Source: Azolla caroliniana
Lineage: Eukaryota; Plantae; Polypodiophyta
Direction: 5' to 3'
Length of the DNA stretch: 64,000 nucleotides
Assembly: GCA_043228905.1 (NCBI GenBank)
Contig: JBHGNT010000022.1
Span: 9,052,001-9,116,000 of the forward strand
Shown piece by piece: positions 48,901 through 61,100 of the stretch. The notes under the pieces were generated by a model. It did no database searches, was not told where the DNA came from, and saw only the letters and a list, made by a program, of their open reading frames with translations. The position numbers and the translations under genes were made by a program. Every line of letters begins with the position of its first letter. The stretch's first letter is position 1.

Positions 48901-51464
48901 CCGAACACCCTCAAGTGTCGCAAGTTCGGCTTCGTTCCGAAATATAGCTCGTGCGCCGACACTTTGTCTCCGATCCGGTTCTGGATGTATACCGCAGTCC
49001 TTACCGCCTCGGCCCAGTAGAACTTGGGCAAGCTCTTCTCCTCCAGCATTGCCTGTGCCGCTTCCACAACTTACCGATTCTTCCTCTCGGCCACTCCGTT
49101 CTGCTCCGGCATGTATCTACAACTGAATTCGCGGCGAATTCCCATTTATTGTAGGTAACCGTTGAATTGACCGGAAAAGTACTCTTTCCCGCCATCCGAC
49201 CGCAAGCACTTGATCTTTCGTCCCATTTCCGTTTCCACGAACCCTTTGAGGTCCCGGAAACAGTCAAAGACTTTGCTCTTCCTCTCAATGAGGTAGATCC
49301 ACATGAGCCGCGTGTGGTCGTCGATGAAGGAGACGAAATATCGACTCCCGCCAAGGCTAACGTTTTGTGTCGGCCCCCATACATCGGAGTGTATAAGGTC
49401 GAGCTTGTTCCGGCTCCGGTTTCGCTCGTTGGGGAAAGGAAGTCAGTGTTGCTTCCCGAGCTGGCAGGCTTCACAAATTTGTGCCTTTCGGCCACTAAAT
49501 TTGGGCAATCCGAACACCACTTGTTTCGATTGCAGGTCTTGAAGCCGCTGGTAGTTGACGTGGCCTATCCGCTTGTGCCACAAGTCGATGTCTGACTCGG
49601 ATTTTTGTCCCTTCGTGAACATTGCGGCGCCGCCGTCAGTGGAGTCGAGGATGAACATCCTCCCGTCTCTATGCCCTTGCGCAATCACACGGCCTTCTTC
49701 CTCAATGAAGCACCCGAGGTGTGTAAACCGAACCTCCATCCCTTGGTCGACGATCTGTCCGACCGAGACTAAATTTTTCGTGATTGTCGGAATGTGCAAC
49801 ACGTTCATGAGTTTCCCTTTCTGCCCAACATGGCTAAGGGGAACTTCTCCGACATTCGCGATCGGATGCGGAGTGTCGTCTCCAGTTGCGACTACTCCAG
49901 GTTGTATTGGTTTTTCAAGGTACGAGAACCACTCCTTATGGCTCGTCATGTGGTTTGTCGCTCCGGAGTCTACGTACCACACCTCGTCCGATCTCGGGGT
50001 GGTCTGTTTCATTGAGTTTGCTTCGTGTCTCGTCACGAAGGCAGTCCCTTCTCCAGCTCTCCCGGAGTCTTCGGCGTAGTGCGATCGCTGCCGATTTCCC
50101 TTGTCGGTATGTCTGGAGCCATTTCCGGAACCAGTTCTCTCCGAATCGGCGCGCTTCTTCCAGCACTCACTTTCCTTGTGGCCTTTCTTGCCACAGTACC
50201 AGCACTCCGCAATGGACTTCCCTTGCCGGTTCTCATCGCTTCGACTCCCCCTGTTTCCGGAGGGTTCGGAGTTGCTGTCGGCATCACTTCGGTGCCTTCT
50301 TCCTTGATCTCGTCGGCCGCCTCCATTGCGCGCCGACTCGCCTCGTCCTCCACGTCCACGGGGCCTATCTCCCTCCATGTACAGCATTCTGTTGTCGGTG
50401 TGCGTGCTTGTAGACGCACCCGCGTGGTTCTCCTCTACCAGGAGCATTGACTGTAAGTCGAAAAAGGACGGCGTATTCTCCCGGGTACACACCGCCGTCC
50501 AGAACGCTCCGAACTTCGACGCCAAACCTCCGAGACAGATCTGGACCATCTCACTCTCCTCGATATTCATCTCTATGGAGGTGAGGGAGTCGCAGATATC
50601 CTTGATCTTCGAGGTATAGTCTGCCACCGACAAGTCGCGTTGTCGTAGGTTGCTCAACTCCTGTCGGAGCTGAAGCTTCCTGGCTGTGGTGCTCGCGGCA
50701 AAGATCTTCTTCAGATTTTCCCACGCACCCTTCGGCGTCTTTGCATCCCGAACATAGCTCAATAGTTGTTCGCCCACACACGACGTGAAGCAGTATAATA
50801 CCCTGCTCGCCGATTGTTCCCACGACAGGAAGTCTCTGTGTGTCGATTCGGGTGCCGCATCATTAGCTCCTTCGACATAACTCCAGTAGCCGTGCCCGAG
50901 CAGGTACTGGTGCATCTTGTAAGACCAAGACGCGTAGTTGGTTCTGTCGAGCTTCTCTGTTGGAAGCGAGCTCGCCATGCCTCTATCCATCGTTCTTCTT
51001 GTTCTTCTTCGTCAAGCTGTGTCGGCTGTAGAGAGGTTCTCAACCCTCACGCTCTGATACCATGTAGAAAGTAGCGTGCGGAAGCAAGTATGAAGACAGA
51101 ACAGAAGGAAGAACACTCAGGTTTAATGGAGAGCTTGAGCTTACGCAGTATACGCGAGAGAGACAGAGAGAGTGAGAGAGAGAAAACACAAGAACTATAT
51201 TCAACAAAAAACTCGATTCACTACTCTACCCATATGTGTGTTCCATGAACACTTTTATACAAGTCCTCGAAGGACTGACCGAAGTACTGACCGTACTTCA
51301 ATGCTCTTTAAGAGCTCCTACACTAACTCCCAAATATATTCCTCACGGAATATCTTTCCTAACGGCCTCCCGGTTTACGCACTCGGCCTAACCGATCGGT
51401 CCCAACCGATCCGGTCCTCGGCTTCTTCAGCCGATCCGGCCGATGTTGAGCTTGTCTCTCAACA
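45914..51464 (-). mobile_element. Ty1/copia element K, near full-length and young; 5' LTR 51063-51464, 3' LTR remnant 45914-46160
   Basis: PBS 51051-51062; gag-PR ORF 49443-50990 (CWYCGKKGHKESEC, YVDSGAT); INT; RT IYVDDL; RH; PPT 46161-46175. I count 2 mismatches over the ~247 bp shared by the LTRs. Confidence 0.93.
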
Positions 51465-52655
51465 CTACAACATTCATATTACAAGAGTTCATATTATAAC
51501 ATGAGTCCAATATTACAAATATTATTAGTATTGAATTAACTGATCACTAAGGAATACAATGTAATCAATAATGAATAAACAAAAAATGAACTTGAGGGAA
51601 CAATATTGAACCACCTGGAATGCATATTGCATGCGGTGATGAACAATGTTAGTACTAAACAATCAAGACCTTCATGCTTGTTTGTTCGGTCATCCAAAGC
51701 CTAAGTCAAGTGGACACAAAACATACAATGTAATGAACAATGTTCTAAGTACTAATACAAGTTATACAACTAAACATTTAAGACCTTCAGTACTAAATAA
51801 TCAGTACTGAAACAACTTATCACCAAGGAATACAATGTAATCAGTAATGTTAGTACTAAATCAACAAAAAACAAACCTGAGGGAGCAATACTCAGTGGTA
51901 TAAGAATAGAACCAAATGTAAAATTATGGAATCATAGTATAAAAATTACATAATAGCTTAATCACATACCATAGGAGTGTACTTTCAAACCCCAAGCTAA
52001 GTACCATTCGGTGCCAATTGTACTTTTACAATCCAAACATATATTTTCTTTCTCAAAATGGTACTTAACACATAACAAATTATATGTGTGCAAGCATGGT
52101 GCAATGATAGCATCCATAGCCTCAAGCTTGAATCCATGGCTACAGAATACACACCTTTAGTAACGAGACACAACATACAATATATTAGCACCGATGATAT
52201 TTTATGCCATAGAAGGTCAAAAAGGAAAAATATAAACCATTACCGTGATATAGTAATACTTGTAATGGTACTTTCCATGCAAGCGGGGTGCTCAACTACG
52301 TCTGGACATAGAGTATCTAAACCTTTCTCTTTTAGACCCTTCATCAAACATGTCAGGTTCTCAGAATGCAGCGTTAAGGCTGACAACTTATCATCAATTT
52401 CAGAATGAGAAGACCTCCATGTCTCAAGATCTTTCTTCTATGCTCCCAGTTGAGTACCCATATTTGTCAGCTCCTTCAACTCCTCTTTCAACACATCACT
52501 TTCAGAATTTTGGATTTTGATGCAATCCATTCATATGTATTTGATATAGATGAGAATTGCCTCTTTGCTGCCATCTCACCAAATGAAACTTCTTCCAAAT
52601 CGGCAAGCAATGCTTTCATTCTTGTTTGCATGGAAGCTATGCAACGCAACAATCG

Positions 52656-53147
52656 CTAGACTTCATGCTTTTCTGTTAGTGTGGCTCTTTGTTTTGCAAT
52701 ATGTTCCGTCAACACAAGTGTCCTGGCTAGTATTTCAATATGAGAGATACCCTCAAACTTCATAGTAGTGTTCGTACTTGAGGACCCTCTATAATGTGAT
52801 GATCGATGATGAGCGAAATCATCCCAATCAACTTCAATGCCACCATGAAGTTCACATGCAAATGCAGGTGCAAAAACAGTTCCTACCTCATTGTTTAGGA
52901 CATGTTGCGCATTATAAACTTGTTCATATCGTGACTTCAGTTCAGTGATATAATCCTTCTTCAATAGGCCGATGTGGAAACCTCTCCTTGAATCGGGTTG
53001 TGATGAACCCCAAGTTTTCATCATCCACATGTCTAGGTCTTCATAAGTGTAAAGTCGTTCACAATGGAAATAACCCCCTCCTAATGTGTACCTCGAAGGA
53101 TGTTTTTGTACTTCTTTCCATGAGTTGTTGAAAACTTCGACCTCCAT
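52656..53147 (-). pseudogene. Degraded ORF of unknown, probably transposon-borne protein
   Basis: 163-aa ORF ending ...ACELHGGIEVDWDDFAH, followed by a coiled-coil-like continuation broken by stops; embedded in internally duplicated AT-rich DNA. Confidence 0.35.
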
Positions 53148-54294
53148 CTGGTGGGGGTGATCTTACTTTCTTAGATGGGGGTCCTTTTTCTTTCCTTGTA
53201 TGGTGTGTTGACATTTGCTTTGACCATTGTCTTCTTCGTGGGTGTCTTTGTCATGTGAGTCCTATCTCTCTTCTGTGCCTCACATGCACAAGAACAATAC
53301 ATAACAGTAAATCGGGCACAACAGTCATTTTTCATCATAATAGTAAATCAAGCACAATAGCACAATAACCCTCAACAAGAACAATAAGAACAACAATTGG
53401 ACATAACAACCCTGAACATACTATAAGTTAGCTCAACAACAACAATACTACAAGTTGGCACAACAAAAATAGCACACAACAATCAATAACATTAAATCAG
53501 GCACAACTGTCAATTTTCATCATAACAGTAAATCAGGCACAATAACACGACAACCCTAAAGAAGAACAATAAGAACAATAAGAACAACAATTAGACATAA
53601 CAACCCTCAACATACTCTACAAAAACATGTTGTGATCAGAAGACAAAACAACATATGTGAACCTGTACAAGATTCAAGCATGTACAAGACTATCTTTAAT
53701 ATGCACATAGGAGAAAAACACAAATATCAACAACAAATAAAACAACAACATTTAACTTCATCACAATAGCATTTAACTTCATTAACAAGAACAACACACC
53801 CTCTTTCCATATGTCGACATGTACAAAATTCAATAAAATGCCGAACATGAAACATAATGGTAACTCCTGATATGCAACATATACATGTCATCATAACAGT
53901 ACTAAATCAGGTAGGAAAGAACAGTAAGGACGACAAGAACCACAAGAACAACAAGAATAACAAAAAGGATAACCACAGATAGGCAAGAACAAGATCATTT
54001 AACAAAACCTACAAGAACATTGCATTGTACCATCATAGAACCCTCTTTCAATATGTCAACATGTACAAAATTCAAGCAAATGCAGAACATGACGTATGCA
54101 TGTACAAGACTCTCAAATTCAAGCAAAAACGACAACAACAGACAGAATCGAACATGTAGTAGAACATGAAGATAAGCCTAAAGCAAGATTACCTTCCCAG
54201 ATGCCGTTATGGTTGCAGATGTCGTTGCTGAAGTTGTGAAGTCGTTGTAGAGGGGACACATTTGAAGCACGGATTGCAAGCAAACGAACACACC

Positions 54295-54600
54295 AAGTAG
54301 AGGGAACACAATGAGCATAGTTCGTTGAAAGAGGTCGATGCAAAGATAACACGGTGAACAGAGAACACTTGGAGGTAGAGGGAACACGGCCAGTACATCA
54401 GAGGTCGATGCAAAGAGGACACGGTGAGCAAAGAACACCTGGAGGTAGACGGAACACGGCCAGCAGAGTAGAGGTCGATGCAAAGAGGACACGTTGAGTA
54501 GAGAACACCTAGAGGATGCAGATGGGTCACGACAAGGAGAGTTTGCAGAGAACGTGGGTAAACAACGAGCGTATTGTTGTTGCAGAGAGGACACGACGAG
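54295..54600. repeat. Degenerate ~70-bp tandem repeats
   Basis: Recurrent gaggtcgatgcaaaga(g/t)(g/a)acacg and gtagagggaacac motifs. Confidence 0.7.
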
Positions 54601-54662
54601 CAGAGAACGTTTGGAGTTTGCGAAGTGAGCAGAAAATGTAGAGAAACCTATGCAGAAGGTGG

Positions 54663-54666
<4 letters not shown>

Positions 54667-54702
<36 letters not shown>
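54667..54702. repeat. (GA)n microsatellite
   Basis: About 18 AG units in a row. Confidence 0.95.
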
Positions 54703-54705
<3 letters not shown>

Positions 54706-55134
54706 TAACTAACTAACTAACAGTTCAAGATTAATCGATGAGGCAAGAGAGAGAGTGAGTGGGAGAGAGACAGACAAGCTAATTGAATGATTGACTGACT
54801 GTTCGAGATCTTGTATAGTTAAGATCTCTGTACAACATTACCTAGGATTGTGAACCAACAACCTCAAATGAAATTGAGTACAAGAGGAACACTTGGACAC
54901 ATACATAACAGTGGAAGGATGTGCAATGTTTTTTCATATTTGAAATCCATTTTCATCCAATGTGACTTTGTGATCAACTTTTTAAACCCAAATATTGGAT
55001 TATTTTCACATTTTTAAGTTTTTCCTCATCGAATTAGTACTAAAATTTTGGCCAAAAGTTAGCACACCATAGCTTGCTTTAACCCTATGCATGTTGGCCG
55101 GTCGAGATGACCCAAGTGTGAAAAGGCTAAAAGA

Positions 55135-56094
55135 CGATTACAGGCCAAATAAAAGACGGGTGGGGCCAGACGAGGAGTAGAGAGGAAAAAGTTTAAACGG
55201 CGCAATTAATTATTAGTAGTGGCGGTTCACGTTCTAAACATAATCGCCCATGTTCCCTATAAAAAGGGACATGGAAGGATGTAAAGGGTAATTGATGGTA
55301 ACGGTGTACTAAGTTGTGTCTTCTAATAGAAATATGATTTGCTTATACTCTGTCTCTGTGTAAAGAGTCCCATCTGTGTCAATCCTCTTTTAAGTGCTCA
55401 GTGTATCGTGCACGTAACCAGTCAGTTGTAGTCGGCTCGGGTCCAACTCTACACAGTCATAGTAGCTTGATTCGTAGTCACGCGTGTATTCATATATGTA
55501 TGCATTTTAGGTTTAGCGAAGGCAGGGAACTTGCCTATACCACCATCTCCCTACCACAAGACCTTGAGCCGGATACCGAAGGAACGAGTATTTAACATCT
55601 TGTTACCCTAAGCTAGTAACACTTTTGGCACGCCTGGTCAATCTGTGAAGACACAGAGAACAACAAGGGGATGGATGGCGTATAGTTGACGAGGGAGCAA
55701 AGAGACGACTAGACGAAGCAAACCGCATACTCATGCAGACTCCCGACGCGCGACAGAAGTACCGCCCATGGAGTAGTCTCTATTGGACTTCTAGCAGAAA
55801 GACCACGAAGAAAGTGTGCTGGAATCCAAACTAACCAAGCAAACCCATCAAGCGTCGGAAGCCACTCGAAAGCGCAGTCCAAACCAGTAACGACTAGCGG
55901 TAGTTGTTCCGAGGTCAGTCACAACGGTGACCACACCCACCATACCATCGATCATGACAACAACCCAATCAGGGACACAATCGACGTCCAAGATTACGAT
56001 ACAATGTCGTACCCTTATCCCAGATACAATGGCAAAGCGGACGCGGAGGCACACGTACGAGTATTCGGCATCACGTTACCCTAAGTTGGTAACA
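55135..56094 (+). mobile_element. Collapsed Tat-like gypsy remnant: LTR 3' part, PBS, gag start, last 20 bp of the 3' LTR
   Basis: TATA cctataaaa at ~55256; LTR end gttaccctaagctagtaaca 55602-55621; PBS-like tggcacgcc at 55626; gag-like YPYPRYNGKADAEAHVRVF; LTR end repeated at 56075-56094. Confidence 0.6.
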
Positions 56095-56837
56095 CAATCG
56101 AGTGTTTGTTGTGTATGTGTAATGTATATGAGTGTGAGTGAGGATGAGTATGAGTATGTGTATGAACACATGCACACTTATGTACATGTGTACAAGAATG
56201 TAACGGTCTTTTTGTAATGGTCATATAATGTAACCGTTATATGATGTACTATATAAACCCCCTAGGCTCTATCCCCCACCCATAAACACTTGGCATGCCC
56301 TACAGTTGACCCTCCCTTTGAGAGGAAGTCTATCCCTCACTCTCCCTCTCTGTCACTAATCTCTCACTCTCCCTCTTTGGGTGTATGCATGTCTCTGTGT
56401 TAGGTTTGTCTCTGTGTTGATTTGTGCATGGACTCTCTGTGTGAGAGCCAAAAGTACAAAAAATGGTATCTGATATTAGTTGTGCAAATGATTATGTGAA
56501 TGTGGAATCATTAGTGGAATGCAATGCTGAAAATAATTGTGCAAATGGATGCGAATGTGGAGTCAAAATTTATCCATGAAATGCCTTCATAAACTTTTGT
56601 TCATGCATCAAAAAGTAAAAAATTGAAAGTAGACAATGATAAACCCTTAAAAAGGTCAAGGCAAAAGTAACTTGATCAAAATGCAAACATGAGGTTTTTT
56701 TTTTGTAGAGGATGTACCGGATGTAAAAGTGGGAAGTGCATATTTTCGTGACATGATAAAAGTGGGAAGTGTATATTTATGAATGTACTCAATATATGAT
56801 AGAATAAATAAACCACATTGAAGATGTAAATCATATA

Positions 56838-57320
56838 ATGCTTGATGAAATTAGTGGAATATGTACGCAAAAATGGACAATGCTACACTCACCATTGCAT
56901 GCAACTGACTTTATTGTGCATCCAATTTGGAGAGAAAAAATTCAAGATATGGATGACAAGGTCAATACAAGTTGGATGGAAACTATTATGCGTTATACTA
57001 ATGGTGATGTACATCTATCTAGTGTTTTATTTGATGAATTCTATGCTTATAGAACTCAAGAAAAAAGTACATTTCAAGTTCTTATGGCAAATGATCCAAC
57101 TAGAATGCATAATGCAATTAAGTGGTGGGAAACATTTGGAACATGCACTCCAAACTTAAATAGACTTGCAATTCGTGTGCTTTCTCAAGGTTCATGTGCA
57201 TCTTCTCGTGATAGAAATTGGAGCACATTCTCATTGATACATACAAAAAGAAGAAATACATTGATTCATGCTCACGTTGAGAAATTGGTTTATATACATA
57301 CAAATCATTGTCTGCCTTAA
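56838..57320 (+). pseudogene. hAT transposase remnant (C-terminal dimerisation domain)
   Basis: KWWETFG..PNLNRLAIRVLSQGSCASS.DRNWSTFSLIHTKRRN.L....EKLVYIH is the typical plant hAT C-terminal motif; the N-terminal part is absent. Confidence 0.88.
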
Positions 57321-58197
57321 AGTAACATTAGATATGATCAACAAAGAATATGAATAAGATGATGAGAGGCTTTTAAGAATGCAAAAACCAAGCTAATGAT
57401 GAAAATGATGAAGGTCATGAGGATATTATTGATGAGCTTGAAGATATGGACGATAGTGCATAGACTCTTACATTTAGAAGTGTTACTTAAAAGTTCATAG
57501 GTAGAAATTAGATTATATTGGTTCATAAACTATTTAATTAAAACTTTTCTTATGTTTGTGTGATTTTGAAGACCTTTTATATTTCTATTAAAGAGTGATT
57601 GCTCTTTTTTTAGTGAATTAATTAACTTTTATTATATAAATTTATTTTGCCAAACAAACGGTTTTATAATATTCTTGGGGCAATTTCTTATTCTCGAATA
57701 TGCAAGTATCACATGAAAAATATCCAATGTGTCAATCTATGGCAACAATTAAAAAAAGTTGAATGATACATTTCTATTATCGCACATATTCCTTCAATTT
57801 TGTAAGATCAACAAAAGGTTATTTTGCAAGGAATTTCCATTACAAGACCAAGCTCCTAACTGAACTTTTGTACAAAGTAGAAAACTTAGCCCTGAGAAGT
57901 ATGATATTGTATTCAACATCATTAATAAATTAGCTTTTATGCACATGTCCTCCAAAGATAACAAAAACCCATTATCTCTCTATTAAATACAAAAACAGGT
58001 CATACCAATTATGGATGCCATTGGGTTTGTCAAGTTAAACGTTTTACGTTAATAATACCTTTACTGCCTCTGACTTTAGATTTCTCATCATAATTTGTGG
58101 TATTTACATAGTCGTCAGTATTCTATCTGGAGGGAAATTCACAATTCATTGATGACCCTAAGGAAAATTTCCTTCTATTTGCACAATTCCTAAATAT

Positions 58198-61100
58198 CTA
58201 AATGTATACATTCCGAACATCATTTTGCCCAAACAGGATTCCACAGCTAGGACATTTTCTATGCCTCGTCTCCAGGTTTCTTTGTATACAAGGGCTACAA
58301 AATAGATGAAAGCATTTTGTAATGACAACCTACATACAAGAAATATCTCAATGTTAGTTATAGTCATGTTTTAGCTGTAGAAAAAAGGCAATAATTAATT
58401 AAAACAAAATTTCACTACGGAAATTTGCCGAAATATCCCTAATTTTTCATAAAATCCCTAAAATATTGCCAATACTAATTCAAAATTCCCAAAATACTCC
58501 TTGTTCAGAATTACAAGACTGCTGCACAATTTCCCTATCTACAAACTAACAATAGAGATATAATAGTCTCTCTTTACAATTTCCATACTCTGCATATACA
58601 TCCTGCATTCAATTACAAAATACTTCTGTAAGTACATACTTACTTCCTTTGGTCGATTGTGGCATACACTGCATTTAAGAATAGCCTTGTACTCATCGAT
58701 TTCGTCTTGTAGTTTCTCCACAAGATGCCTACAATCGTTGCTTGCATTTGCACGGGATGCCCTTGTATTTAAAATTGCTAGTTCTTCTTCAATCCTCTTC
58801 CTCTCAAACCTTGTCAACAAAGGTCAAAATATAAGAAAAAGAAATATAATTTCTTAGTTATCATCGCAAGCTATATTAGCAAAACCCAGAATATCAGAAA
58901 TTTTGAAATACATCCTTTCCCTGGGTTAAAATATTTTTATACATACCGCTCCCTTTCAAGCTCTGCCTCGGCATCCCTAATCTTACTCCGGTGCTTGTGA
59001 AGTTCTTTGCGAGCAATCTGTAGTGACTGTTTAGAATTAACAAGCTCCTTTTCTGTATCTACAAACTTCCTTTTTGCCTGTTCCAGGGCATTGATATACT
59101 GCCTATTCTCATCCATAACCTTGCCAACCTGTTCTGAGTATGTCCGAACCTACAAGATCAAGATTAAATTAAAAATATTTCCATTATTTGGTGTAACTAT
59201 ATAGAACTACTAGACGTGAATCCATGTAGTTTTTGCACATACATGTTCTTCCAGCCGTGCAGCTCTTTGCTTATAGCATTCACCTAAAATATTGATTTGC
59301 TTCAGACGATTTGTCAATATTTGCTTTTGCTCAATAAGCGAGGCATATACTTGCTTTGTTTTGAAGCTCTCAAAAATCAACTGCTCAATAAAATACAGTT
59401 AATAAAGCTAATATATATATATATATATTCAAAAGTTGCCAACTATGCAAAGCACAGCGTTTGCTATGAATGCCAATGCGCACACAGAAGGATTGACAAA
59501 ACCTCTGGACCTTCAAATTGTAGTCATCCCTTTCTGAAATTTGCTGGAGTAGACGCTGATTTTGTGTTTGCATATCCTCATAAGCTTGACCAATTGTCTA
59601 CTCAAATTTCCAATCAGGTATTATAATTAGAGAGTATAGAATGTTTTTCATAAAAATACAAGAAATGTAAGAGTAACAAGTTGACCTCAATCTCAGCAAG
59701 ATAGGCATCTCCTTCCTCAGTCTTCATTCTTAACATATCATTTGCATCAATAACCTCCCTATATGATGTGTTCATCAGTATCTTCAATTTATATCCAAGA
59801 AAGCACCAATACAAAAACACAATAAGAGGAAGACCTTTCAGATGCATCTAATTTCTGCCTTAGTTCTGCAACCTCAGCCTCTGCCATGGCAAGCCTTTGT
59901 TGGCAAGCTGCCTCAGCTTCGATTGCTTCCTTTACCTTAAGCTCCAAGCTGTGCTCATCAATAGCTGTCTTCAACCTTTCCACTTGAGCCCAAGCTCTAC
60001 ACTCTGCTTGCTTCAACTCTCTTGCATCCCTGAGGTTCAACATTATGGAACATTTCATAAGTGATCACAACGTATACTCATATTCAAAAAGTTAAAATGA
60101 GATTCAATACTTATGACTAAATCCTGGAACTTTCAAATGTTTCTCAGATTTTAATCTATTACAAATTCAACATGTGTTTATTTCATGCCTGAAATCCTTA
60201 CTTTGAATCCGTAGACTCTCTCCCATACATATCAATAATCAGCTTTAATTCCTCTTCACTTTCCCGTAGAAGTCTTGCCTATGCAAAATATGAGTTATTT
60301 CCATCTAAATTACGTAAAAATGAAAGTAAGCAGACAGCAAGTAATACCTCTTCATTCATGGCATTTATTTCTGAAGATTGTCCTGCAATTTTTTCAGCCA
60401 GAATTTTACATTCATTTGTCTGCACACAAACTGAGGCTTAAACATGGTTCTCTGCAACCACGTGAGGATAACATAAAAAAGTTGTGATTTTTACTTTTCT
60501 ATCTAAAATTTCGTTCATTGATTTGACAGCTGCTCTAAGAGAGTATAATCCACATGTAGCCTGTTTATGTTGATTCAATTGCTGCTGCATCATCCGCATC
60601 TCCTTATGTAATGTTGAAACCACAATTTTAAATTCAGCAACTTCATCTTTGCTCTCTGCGAAAAGGGGAGTCAAAACACTGCAACTACAATATAAACATT
60701 TATATCAATTAGGAACACCAGTTGAAGAATCATTTGTATAAATCCTACCTGAAGAAAGAGTTGCTTTTTCTACTCTTGCTTGCAATTCTGCTTTCTCTGC
60801 CAGGTATTTTTCCAAGTTTGTCTCCAATTCCGCCACTCTAGCCTTTAGGATGTTGTTCAGTTTTTCTGTTGCCTCTTTCTCCTCGACCTTAAGAAGTTTC
60901 TCCTTTTCAAGATGGCCATAGTGATCACGCTCTACCTATGCAAACAGAACTACTCTGCAATCATTACAATTATACGAAAACCTACAAAACAAATGGACTA
61001 CACGTCAATAAAAATAGGGAAAAACTCCCCAATACCCCTAAGTGATGCTTCATTTCCCCAAATGCACTTAAGTGTTGTTCCCCAAATGCCCTAGGTCAAT

